A stretch of 64,000 nt of DNA from Eledone cirrhosa. Its lineage: Eukaryota. Of this stretch, positions 1 to 11,920 are shown one piece after another. Location: contig OZ024742.1 of the NCBI GenBank assembly GCA_964016885.1, positions 293,818,001 to 293,882,000 of the forward strand, given 5' to 3'. How positions within the stretch are numbered: the first letter of the stretch is position 1; every line of letters begins with the position of its first letter. The translations under genes were made by a program, and so were the position numbers. Below the pieces are notes generated by a model. The model ran no database searches. It saw only the letters and a program-made list of their open reading frames with translations, and was not told the DNA's origin.

Positions 1-1629
1 CACATTCCAACTCTCCCTTCCAAATCATGGAAAGTTGATGTGTTTTGCTCAAGAACATAACATGCCACATGGTCTAAAAACTGAACCCACGACATTATGA
101 TTGTAAGTCCAACATCTTAACCACTAAGCCATGTGACTTCAGTAATTACTGTAATTAATATTATTATTATTATACGATAAAATAAAGTACCAGTAATATA
201 CTGAGTTATATACTGCCAAAAGTAGAAACAATTATTATTATACTATAAACTGTATATAAGATTTAACATTTAATATTGTTATAGGCAGTATCAGTTGAGT
301 ATCGGACACCATGCTTTGCGGTGTAGAGTTACGGCCCTTTACGTTCCGAGTTCAAATCCCACCAAGGTTAGCTTTGCCTTTCATCCTTACGAGGTCGATA
401 AAATAAGGTACCAGTAATGTACTGGGGTTGATTTTTTCTACTTTTCCCTCCCCACAAAAATTGTTGGCCTTGTGCCTAAATCAGAAACCAATATTGTTAT
501 AAACTGTATAATACTAGATATACTGATGGTGTGTGTTTTCGTCTATTTTTATACAGATACATATATAACAGAGGTGAGAGAGAGTAGATAATTTCAATAA
601 ATGAACAAAAACAGCATTATGATTGCATCACATTAAAAATTAAAGTCGTTTGTAAAAATTTTTCAAAGATATATTTTCTAGAAAAATCCTGTAAATATTT
701 GAATTAACAAATCTATTTTTAGATATTTTCTGCTTAAGACTTAATTAATGAGTAGTTTGCAGAGATAAGATATTTGTAACATAACAAAAGGTTTTTATAT
801 AAAATTGTGTTGGAAAATTTTAATTTCACCCTTTAGGTGGTTTTGTTTTAGAAGGAGAATCTATTCATATAAAAATAGAAACATTAAATTTTTATTAAAT
901 TTTAAGGTACCTTATCTCACAATACCTGCAGGGCTTCCACTTTGGGAAATACTAGCTTAGGTGATATGTCACTTGAAGATTAAAATACATTTGTTGACAT
1001 AACTTTGTACTTGTTGAGTGTTCAGCCTTAATCTGCTCTAGATCAAAATCTATCACTACCACATATTAGTTAACCCTTTCATCACTCAGCTGAAAATGAG
1101 TACCAGCAGTACCTGGGGGTTTAACCCTGCGATGAACTGGTGTCAAGTCCAGAGGGAGTCTTGTATTCTCAGTCACTTCACACCATGAAACCAGGATAAG
1201 ATCTGACCAGACGAGCCTCCTGAATTAAGATAGACTTTAGACTTAGACAGCTAGACTGAACCTTTTACAAAGAACTTTGTTTCCACTTAGATTAATTTAT
1301 GTTTTTGTTAAGGTAATTAACCCTTTAGCATTTACATTACTCTATATATACTACTGTATTTGTGTGGTAAAGGCTTTATCATACATGATATCGAATCTAT
1401 GATTTTGATATTTATTTTGAGGACAATACCTTAACATCAGTATGAGCAGCCAGTTACAGCCAGTTTTAACAGAAAGAGGTGAGAGAATTCTGGCTGGATA
1501 TGGGCGGCTTAAATGCTAAAGGGGGAAAAAAAGAGGAAAACCTATCACTAAAATACAAAGAACTATTAAATTATTGGTATATATTATGATCATGATCTAA
1601 TAATTCCAATGATACAATGATGAATTAAA

Positions 1630-1870
1630 AAAATATTTAATAACCTACCAAAATATCTGAGATCTACATGGTGTACATGTAGATGTTTCCAAAAGACATC
1701 TGGACATTCTACGGACCAAGATCCCGGATGAACCCACAGCACGAGGTGAAGCACAAATAAGAGCAACAAACTCCCTTTTGCACCAATGGCCAACCAGGAA
1801 AGGTTGGCTATAGAAAGTGTAGCATCGATAGCAGTGCCCAAGCATGGCCTCAGCCCCTCGACTGGAACAC
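1630..1870 (+). mobile_element. CR1/L2-group LINE C-terminal relic
   Basis: With one frameshift reads KIFNNLPKYLR/DLHGVHVDVSKRHLDILRTKIPDEP..RATNSLLHQ, resembling the FNxLP..FKxxLD ORF2 end. Confidence 0.65.
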
Positions 1871-1937
1871 ATAATAGAATAATAGAGTAACTATTGTCTT
1901 AGTTGACAATGACCACAGAAATTCCACAGAGCCAGTT

Positions 1938-2181
1938 CTTCTTCGCCCACTTATTCCTGAGAGTGCCATGGGGGCAGAGTCAGCAAACACTCTTTCCAGT
2001 GGGTCCTGTCAGAAGCAACCATCTCCAACTGATCCAGCTGGATCCCAAAGCATGACCAGCCAATATCATGGATGTTATCCAACCATCTTGCTCGGGGTCT
2101 ACCCTTGGGTCTCCTACCTATTGGTTTTACCCGTAAAATCTGTCCAGCGATTCTTTCCTGAGACATTCTAACCACATACCA
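1938..2181 (-). mobile_element. RTE LINE 3' end (second subfamily)
   Basis: VRMSQER..GRRPKGRPRARWLD; closely similar copy at 20303-20645. Confidence 0.85.
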
Positions 2182-3726
2182 GTTAGTTGCAAAGATTAAT
2201 AATATCCTATTTTAATAACATCCAGATGGTTTATTAGCCAATGAGTTCCTCCTGAACTGAACCAATGGCATAATATAAATGGTAAAGAATGAACAGCTAC
2301 GGAAATATCAAGCTGGGCTGAGTCAATAATATCTGTGGAATAACCAAGATTTATTGCAGTAACCCACCAGATTACTACTTAGTGAACTGTCCACAATAGA
2401 TTCACAGAAACAACTGTGTATGTCTGTCTCAGTGTAGTGCGTGTGTGTGTGTGGGGGGGGGGGGGTTATATATCTGTATGAGAGTATGTGTGTGTGGTGT
2501 ATGTGTGTGTGGTGTATGTGTGTGTGGTGTATGTGTGTGTGGTGTATGTGTGTGTGGTGTATGTGTGTGTGGTGTGTGTGCGTGTGTGCATGTGCGCGCG
2601 TGGTGTGTGCGCGCGTGGTGCGTGCGCGCGTGGCGCGTGGTGCCTGCGCGCGTGGTGCGTGTGCACGTGTGGTGCGTGTGGTGTCTGTGCACGTGGTGTA
2701 TGTGTGCATGGTGTATGTGTGCGTGGTGAATGTGTGTGCGTGGTGAATGTGTGTGTGTCTAGTGTGTGCGCGTGGTGTATGTAACTGTATGTATGGTGTG
2801 GAGTGCCAGAGAGAGAGAGAGAGTCAGCCAGAGCCAGGGGGGGGGGGGGGCAGAAAGAAAGAAATCCAGCCAAAGAGAAGGAAAGACAAAGAAACAAGGG
2901 TTGCACAAGAAAGCATGAAAAAATTAATAATTACCAAAGTCAGCAGTCTTGATAAGTGTTTATTCAAGGAAAAAAGATTTCTTCTTGAAGAAAATCTTCA
3001 CAATTCTTTCTCAGGTAATACAGTATTACAATTACACACATACAAATACATACAAATGTATGAGTATTCATATACACATGCACACACATATTCATATGTA
3101 CACACACTTTCATACACACACACATTTAATATACACACACACATTTTATTGCAACAAACTTATCTTTCCTAAGCAAGCATCACTAAAATCAATCTTTTCC
3201 CTTATATAATATATATATATATTACACACATACACACATATATACATACACACACATGTACACACACATACATACACACACATATACATGTACACACACA
3301 TACACATATATATATACATACACACATACATACACACACATATACATACACATATATATATACACATATATATATACATATACACACATATATATATATA
3401 CATATACACACATATATATATATACATACACATATATATATACATACACATATATATACATACACATATATATACATACACATACATATATACATACACA
3501 TATATATATACATACACATATATATACATACACATATATATACATACACATATATATATACATACACATATATATATACATACACATATATATATATACA
3601 TACACATATATATATACATACACATATATATATACATACACATATATATATACATACACACATAGGAAAAGGTATGACCCCGACGGCAGAGCTCAAGCCG
3701 TTTTGACGGCTATTTCTGGACATACG

Positions 3727-3772
<46 letters not shown>

Positions 3773-3870
3773 TACACACACATGTACATACACATATATA
3801 TACACACACACATATATATACATACACACATACATACACACACACATATACACACATATACACACACACA

Positions 3871-4216
3871 TCATTTTCATCATCATCATTTCATTTTACG
3901 TCCACTTTTCCCTGCTTGCAAGGGTGCGACGGGAACTGATTCTGGCCTTGATTTCTACAGCTGGATGCCCTTCCTAACACCAACCTCATTTACAGTGAGT
4001 GCTGGGTGTTTTTTTGTCGTGGCACCTCAACGACCACTTTACAGTGGAATGATAGGGACCCCAGTCCCTATCATCTCATTTCTACAGCTGAGTAAACTGG
4101 AGCAATGTGAAATAAAGTGTCTTGCTCAAGGAAACAACACATCACCCGGTCTGAGAATTGAACTCACAACCTTTCGATTGCAAGGTCAATGCTCTAACCA
4201 CTAAGCCATGTGCCTC
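3871..4216 (-). mobile_element. tRNA-SINE with RTE-derived 3' tail (second copy 30088-30419)
   Basis: Head TGGCTTAGTGG...GTTCAATTC; tail closely matches the RTE 3' UTR at 54830-54990. Confidence 0.88.
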
Positions 4217-5149
4217 CTATATATACATACACACATACATACACACACATACATACATACACACACACTATATATATATATACATACATACATACACACT
4301 ATATATATATACATACATACATACATACACACACATCTATATATATACATATCTACACACATACATACATATACATACATACATACAAATACATGTGTGT
4401 GTGTGTATTACATATATTTCCAATGTCTAATAGCTACAATAAAAGAAAGTAATTCCAGAGAGCCCGTTCTACATTCTAAGAACAATGTGGCATTGTAGGC
4501 ATTGTATGCTTCCTCTCAGACTATATCAAAACACCATGGCTCTGCTAGAAAGTTATTAACAATTAAATATAGAAATAGATAAAGCTCCCAAGCTCTACTA
4601 TAACTGCTTCTTACTAAGAAGGGATATGGCAGCTTTTGAAGATGATACTTTAACCCTTCCTTACTAGATTTCTAATTAAATACACCAGGATTTTCACATT
4701 TGTAACATAATGGAGAATTTTGAAAGATTTTGTAAAATAATGACCTTTACCCTTATTAAGCTGATGTTTGAAACATAAAGGTTCTTACATAATAATAGCA
4801 AGAAGTGTTTTTAGATAAATGAGCACTTTAACCCTTTCACTGCCATATTTCTAATGAAACACTTCTTAGGATTTTCAAATAACCAAGAAGTTAAAAGGGT
4901 GGTGGATTGGCAGTATTGGTAGAGCATCGGACACCGTGCTTTGCAGTATAGAGTTGTGGCCCTTTACGTTCTGGGTTCAAATCCCGCCGGGGTTAACTTT
5001 ACCTGTCATCCTGACGAGGTCATAAAATAAAGCACCAGTAATGCACTGAGGTAATTGCTGGCCTTGTGCCAAAAGCAGAAACAATTATTAAGCTGGTGTT
5101 CAGAACATAACTTAAAGTATCATAGAAGTAAGGACAGATTCAGGCAGTT

Positions 5150-5500
5150 CGCCATTAAAAAGATTAAGAATTATTTTAGAACCAGGTGTCAATATGATTG
5201 ATGTAGACTGGGAGATGTTTAATAATTGTGGTTAAAGAATGGTGGGAGGATGTGAGTGTGATGTCATCTGTATATAGGGCTTTATATATATATTTTATGA
5301 ACCTGTGAAAAGATCCTGTTAGGTTAAAATGAGTGAATGAGAGCATATATCCTTGGTGTATCTTGTTTGGGAAATTACATGATTCTACATAGGATAGGTG
5401 ACCAAAAAGATAGCATATAAACATGTGAATAAGTCGCACCTTTTCCCACAAAAATATCTGGAAAACTAGCATGGAAATATATGGTACATTGTAAATGTTC
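5150..5500 (-). mobile_element. Decayed LINE RT core
   Basis: IHQGYMLS..FNL (GVPQGSVLS-like) followed by LYTDDITL (YADD-like) and IDTWF. Confidence 0.55.
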
Positions 5501-7382
5501 TTTGTAAAAGGGAGGTGTGATTTCTCCATGAGTACATATGGTAGTTAGCTAACTACCATATGTAGCCAGTGTTTTGTGTTAACTACATAAAGAGGTGGTG
5601 GCTATACTTATAACAAATCCAATTTCTCCACCAGCCATCTTTATGATAAATATTCTGATCTTTATCAAACTGCTATGCTGCAGGACCCTGTTTATGTTTG
5701 ACATAAACAAATGACACCACTTGTGTCATAATTGCTAGACAGTGTTGTTTAAGGCCATAAAATACTCTTTACAAAGCTTAAGTACAATTCACATCTCTCT
5801 AGAACAGTGTTACTAACTTGTATTGATTAACTATCTGAATTGGAGTGTTCATTTAAAGGGGAAATAATTGATTTAATCAATAATTAATAAATTGTTTTGT
5901 TGCTGTATTGTTTACTTTAAACAAGGGACTCCAAAACAAAACTCATGTTTGTAAAAAAAACAAAACCTGAATAATAGTACATTATTACATAGGAAACAAG
6001 TATAACAATCTAATCATATTTATGACTGTTTTTTTCATGCTGACATGAGTTGGATGGCACATTTTGAGGCAGTATTCTACAGATGGATGGCTCTTCCAGA
6101 TGCTAACGCTTTATTTTCAAGTGTGGTACTTATTCTACTAAACTTCACTAGTTCAACTGGTATTCTGTAGGACATAAACAAACGGCACCAGTTGTATCCA
6201 CTTAAAGATACATGTAACACACACACAGAGGATATCACAAACCTCTAAACAGTTTCTGCCTACTAAATTACGCTCACAAGACATTGATCAACCCAAATCT
6301 ATTGTAGATGAGACATTTGCCAAATGTCCCACAAATTGAGATCAAACCCAAAACTACATAGTTGTAAAGTACTGTTAAAATTTTTTTCTCAACTTTTTTG
6401 TCTTATCAAGTGCATGTGTGCATTGATGTTCTCTCTCTCTCTCTTTCACTGACTCTGTTTCTCTCGCTATTATATACAAATGAGAGCCCACACACTGTCC
6501 ACCCCTTAGCCCCGGCAGTCTTCTTAACCATGCAGTTATACCTGCAATGAAAACATTTTTAACTGACCACAAGAAAAACACACATACTAATAAATAATAG
6601 AAAAATCTCCATGTGGAATTGTAAGACTATATATAATATTACAGGTAAGTTCACATATTACAGAGCACCTGAGACTGGTATTATAAGAGATATATATCAT
6701 CAGCTCACATTACATAACAGAAATATATATAGTATGACATTACCTAGAGCTAAATGTGTCCACCTGTTGCTTGATTTACTCCAACATGTAACCATTGCAC
6801 TCAATAAATGTTTAATGTCATTTAGGATAGGATATTCAGTGCTCCTTTAGTTACCAAAGCTAAATAGATGTAGTTATATGACACCAAGAGATTGGATTTA
6901 TCCTGTCTATTTTAGAATATCTATTTGCAGGTATTCTTTTCTTCTTTTACTAGTTTCAGTTATGAGACTGCAGCCATGCTGGGGCAGCACTTTATAACCC
7001 TTTTAAACCGCCCATATCCGGCCAGAATTCTCTCACCTCTTTCTATTCAAACCAGCACTAACCGGCCCCTCATACTGACTATTCTTTTCTTCTTTTACTA
7101 GTTTCAATCACGAGACTGCACCATGCTGGAGTAACACTTTAAAGACCCTATTACTCACTTTTTTCAAGTACTAATTTTATCAATTTCTTTTTATTGAATC
7201 GCTAAGTTACTGCACATAAAAACACACACACAAACACGATAGGTTTCTACAGTTTGTCTCCCAAATTTCATTCATAAGGTATTGGTCAACCCAAGACTAT
7301 AGTAGAAGATACTTGCTCAAGATACTGCGTAGTGTGACTGAACACAAAACTACTTGGTTGCAAAACAAACTACTTAACTACA

Positions 7383-7542
7383 CAGTGAAATTCCGTTATA
7401 ACGAAATTCACAGGATACAAAAAAAATTTGTTATAACGAAAAATTCTTTATAACGAGATCGATCTAACACATCGAACTTGTGGCCAGGGATTGAAAAAAA
7501 TTTCATTATACTGAAAAATTTGTTATAATGGAATTTTCACTG
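7383..7542. mobile_element. Tigger/pogo-like MITE
   Basis: TIRs CAGTGAAATTCCGTTATAAC and GTTATAATGGAATTTTCACTG; partial copy near 52885-52950. Confidence 0.8.
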
Positions 7543-7967
7543 TATATACATACACACATATATCCATCTGTATGAATTTGAAACCTTGTCGGCTACTGAA
7601 TTTGTAATCAATTCTACTTAAATTATACAATGACAAGTTGAGTTATTTCTTAATGTTGTTGATAGTTGGCAACTAGTTAACTTTGTGACATTAGTTAATT
7701 AGCTGCTTGATTATTTCCCACTCCTATTTCTCTTTCTCCCTCCCAGTACAACAAATGTAGAGCTCCAATGCCATGTTCATTTCAAATCAATTACAAGTCA
7801 GGACTTATATACACAGTTCATTGCTTATTTTCTCAGGTCCCAAATAATAGATGAGTTGGAAAATCGGTAATTTTTCTAGGTTGTCCCCATTGATTATTTT
7901 TAAACACCAGAATTAGTCGTTTAGTTTACATATTGAGACCCAACCCATACTATTTATTTTATAAAGT

Positions 7968-8602
7968 ATAGCAGTGGTACCCAGCGTTGCACGGGATAAG
8001 GCATTTTGGAACGCGGGCCGCCAACAGACCTAATCGTGGAAAAACTACATGCCTGGACAATATGTAAAGAAAATAAACCGTATACTCTGATGGATGGATA
8101 ATCTTTAAGATTTTCCTCGATGAAACAGGAAAAATGCAGGTTTTCACCTAATGCGGGCCCTAGCGGATCAAGAAAATGAATTTTTTTTATGTGCATAATA
8201 TGCCTTGAAATTTCGGGAAAATCGGCTAGACGTAAAAAGACAAAAAAGCCCTAAAAAGCTGAAAAAAAATGAAGATTTTCACCTAATGCGGGCCCTAGGC
8301 CGTAAAAAAAGTTGCTCACGGTATGAAGAAGAAACTGACTAATACATAGTTACAATTTCAAGGAAATCGGTTTGACGTAACGCCTCAAATAACCCCTAAA
8401 AAGCTGAAAAAACGTAATTTTTCACTTAATGTGGGCCCTAAGGGATCAAAATGTTGAATTTTTCATGTGCATAACACTCCCTGAAACATAAGTAATACAC
8501 ATGTAAAGTTTGAAAAAAATCGGTTGGGTACTTCTTGAGTTTTAGGGATTCAAACTCACAGACACACACACACACAGACAGACATCCTCAGTTTTATATA
8601 GA
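7968..8602 (-). mobile_element. Non-autonomous Helitron with internal ~140-bp repeats
   Basis: Minus strand starts TCTATATAAAACTGAGGATGT and ends CCCGTGCAACGCTGGGTACCACTGCTAT, both resembling the ends of the 49092 Helitron; TTTTCACCTAATGCGGGCCCTA-like motif recurs near 8141, 8276 and 8419. Confidence 0.85.
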
Positions 8603-9202
8603 TGAGATTTCTAGTAATGTACTTTTTGTCATGTATAACGTTTTCTAATGTATAAAGAAAATTAATTGTCTCAGGAATGTTATCACTTAAAATAAAATTT
8701 CATCGGAGATAGCTTAGCAAAATTTAATAAGTGTGTGGGGGAGGGGGGATTTGGAAAAAATCTGAAAAATGAATAAGCAGGGGCGGGTATGATTATTCAA
8801 GACCAGGGAGTATCTTACATAAAAAAAAAAAAAAACACTGACAAGCCTATAAAATAAGTATATACGTTTTCAATAACTTAGCTTTTTATATTTCTTTGCT
8901 CATCCTGGTAAAACATGTTAAATATGTCGCTACTGAATGAAATTTACAGCTCACACATATGCAGGTTTAACTAGCCTGCTATGAGGATTATAGGAGGATT
9001 CTTGAGTGTTTTCATAAAAGGGGCCCCAGTCATATCATGAAAAGCAATGTGAAATGAAACATCTTGCTCAAGGACACAACACGCCACCCAGTCTAGGAAT
9101 TGAACCTACTACCTAATGATTGTGAGCCCAACACTAACCACTAACCCATGTACTTTCACTAAAAAAATGTCACAGAAACACAGTATATACAATGTGAAAC
9201 AT

Positions 9203-9380
9203 ATACCAGGATGCTGAAAAGTTCCTGGCTTAGAGTAAAACAAAATACAGGAGGGTCAGTTAATTATGATTTTATTCAACATAATCCCCTCAGATTCACA
9301 CACATTGCTGTAGTCATACCTTCCCTGTAAAAGTAACAGTTCTACCCTTAAAGCATAGGAACTTTTCAGCACACCAATAT
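9203..9380. mobile_element. Mariner-type MITE
   Basis: TIRs TGCTGAAAAGTTCCT and AGGAACTTTTCAGCA. Confidence 0.7.
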
Positions 9381-10064
9381 GCAAGTGTACATTTTTTAAA
9401 TTAATTTACCAGAAACATTTTTATTTTGGGCTACTTTCTAACAAAAGCTATTTTTTCCAAATTTTGTGTTACTATTTTTAATGAAATTGAGCTAACAAGC
9501 TAACATTAACTCTCCCTTCACAGAAGTTATATTTTCATTCATCTTTTAGGTCAACATAAGGACTTTTTTCATTCCATTTTCTCTTGCCCTCCCCCAATAT
9601 CCTGTAATAAATTAATGGGTAGTTTCCCATTAGTCATTATAAAATGTAGAACAACTATACTATCTTGATAGTTTCACTTCAATTAGATACAATCAGTATC
9701 TATATATTCATAGAATTTTTCACTAAATATGGTTTCATAGCTTTGATAGAAAACTGCCTATGATACAAAGCAGCTTGTTTTAATATTTAGCATCATCACC
9801 ACCATCACAATTTTATGTCTATTTTCCTTTCCTATGTGGGATAGAAGGGCTGTCATGTTCAGATTACTGGGTCCCGCTCATACATTCCATCCTGGTATGG
9901 TTTCTATAACTGGATACCCTTCCAAAGGGCCAACCACTTCACTGCATATAATGAGTACATTTTATCATGGCACTGCCACTACCACTTTACAGAGTGAACT
10001 GAGTGCATATTTATTGTAAAACCAGCATTAATTTATATGAAAACCTTTCATTATAATTTTACAA

Positions 10065-10255
10065 GGGCGGTGGATTGGCAGTATCGGTAGAGGGTCAGAC
10101 GCCATGCTTTCCAGCATAGTTACGTCCCTCTACGATCTGAGTTCAAATCCCGCCGAGGTTGACTTTGCTTTCATCCTTACGGGGTCAATAAAATAAAGTA
10201 CTAGTAATGCACTGGGTAATTGCTGGCCCTGTGCCTAAAGTAGAAACAATTATAA
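10065..10255 (+). mobile_element. tRNA-derived SINE family A, representative copy
   Basis: A-box-like TGGCAGTATCGG, B-box GTTCAAATCC, core TTTCATCCTTACGGGGTC(G/A)ATAAAATAAAGTAC, (ATT)n tail. Copies near 284-495, 4897-5088, 15030-15540 (three), 35610-35805, 36460-36648, 37428-37755 and 63688-63878. Confidence 0.85.
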
Positions 10256-10335
10256 TTTTACAATAGTTTTTATATAGTGTTGTTTACATTCGAGCTGTCT
10301 GCATAGCTTGTAATTCAGATGGAATCTGTAGTCAG

Positions 10336-10400
10336 AGGTCACTTAGCTCAATGGTTAGAGCATTCAGCCAGAATTGAAGGGATACAGAGTTCAATTCTTT
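10336..10400 (+). pseudogene. tRNA-like relic or orphan SINE head
   Basis: TAGCTCAATGGTTAGAGC and GTTCAATTC boxes without a closing acceptor stem. Confidence 0.5.
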
Positions 10401-10489
10401 GTTCAATTCTAACAGACCATTGTGAAAAATGTGTGCCTAAACACGTCAGTGTATCAAAACTGAACCGGTTTTGAAGTTTATCAGCATTT

Positions 10490-11278
10490 ACTAGAGGGAC
10501 TCGAAATTGATCCAAATTTCTTGGATAAAGTAATAACAGATGAATCGTGGTTGTTCAAGTATGATCCAGAGACAAATTGGCAAAGTGAGGAGTAGCACAC
10601 GAAAAATTCTCCTCATAGCAAGCATGAGCAGATCCATGGTGAAAACAATGATTATCAGTTTTTTCAACAGCCGTGGTATTGATGGCAAAGAATTTTATAC
10701 CTCCAGGACAGACAGTTAATCACACCTTCTACAAAGATATCTTGGAACAACTTTGAAAATGGGTCCAGCGAGTCCGAAAGGACATTACAGGAGATTGAAT
10801 ACTGCACCACAATAATGTGTCTATACTGCACCACAATAATGTGTCTGCTCACACAGTACTTTCAGTTAAAGAATTTCTACCTAAGAAAAATATTCTCACT
10901 CTTCCACAACCTCCCTAAAGCCCAGATCTAGCTCCATGTGATTTCAACCTCTTCCCAAAGTTGAAATCAAAGTTGTTGAAGGATCATCATTTTGGGACTG
11001 TGGAAAACAAAAATATTGTAACCGACGAGCTAAGGACATTTACAGAAAATGACTTCCGGTACTGTTATGATCAATGGAAAAAACGTGTCATGTTTTGAAG
11101 GAGATACCGTACTTCAAAAATCTACCATGCGTCTTGGAGGCCGAAGGTTGTTATTTTTTTTTTCAAATTTTTGGATGTCCTCGACGACGAAGCGTTTTCA
11201 TCGCCGGGAAATACGGTAACTTATAATTTCATGTACATCTAATATACATCAGCACATACTTTTGGGACAAACCTCATA
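10490..11278 (+). mobile_element. Mariner (DD34D) transposase relic with right TIR
   Basis: DESWLFKYDPET, PPGQTVN..FY, ILHHNN, PP*SPDLAPCDF.LFPKLK, FEGD; ends TACTTTTGGGACAAACCTCATA; internal 24-bp tandem duplication near 10800-10847. Confidence 0.92.
11107..11216. mobile_element. Small pogo/Tigger-like MITE nested in the mariner
   Basis: TA|CCGTA...TACGG|TA; removing it and one TA restores TTT GAA GGA GAT AAC TTA TAA. Confidence 0.75.
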
Positions 11279-11546
11279 TATCTCATTCTATCCTCTGATA
11301 AAGAACTAACGTCCAAAACGTTAAGACTCTTTTTCCTACTATATCAAGCAACTAATGTCTCATAGTAATGTCTCATTCCACTATGCTGTTTTTCTCTCAT
11401 TGACCATATGCATATGTATGTGAAAGCGCACGCTATTGCTTCATCTCACTAAGCATGTGGGTGTGTGTGCACGCGCTCGCACACACACACGGATGAAACA
11501 ATAGCTGAAACTTCGAAATCATTGCGACTTTACTATCCAATAAGTT

Positions 11547-11696
11547 ATATATATATATATATATATATAATATAAGATCAAAAGATGGTTAAAAGAGTTC
11601 CTTGTATTTTATTATATACTCCAGTCCTACAAACTGTAGAGTGCTACTATCCGATATCTGCATTGCTTTATTGTACTACAATAAAACTCACCTCCT

Positions 11697-11752
<56 letters not shown>

Positions 11753-11874
11753 AGGAGGTGAGTTTTATTGTAGTACAATAAAGCAATGCAGATATCGGAT
11801 AGTAGCACTCTACAGTTTGTAGGACTGGAGTATATAATAAAATACAAGGAACTCTTTTAACCATCTTTTGATCT

Positions 11875-11916
<42 letters not shown>
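11547..11916. repeat. Perfect palindrome with (AT)n centre and flanks
   Basis: 11569-11700 is the exact reverse complement of 11749-11880. Confidence 0.93.

Positions 11917-11920
<4 letters not shown>

Noticed and set aside
2323-4498. Many HT/YI/CV-repeat ORFs here and across the window
   Set aside because: Microsatellites lack stop codons; no other coding evidence.
7837-7866. Plus-strand micro-exon (ttttctcag ... gtaatt)
   Set aside because: Antisense to the host gene, weak donor and no recognisable peptide.
10336-10400. Functional tRNA gene
   Set aside because: No paired acceptor stem; looks like a SINE head.
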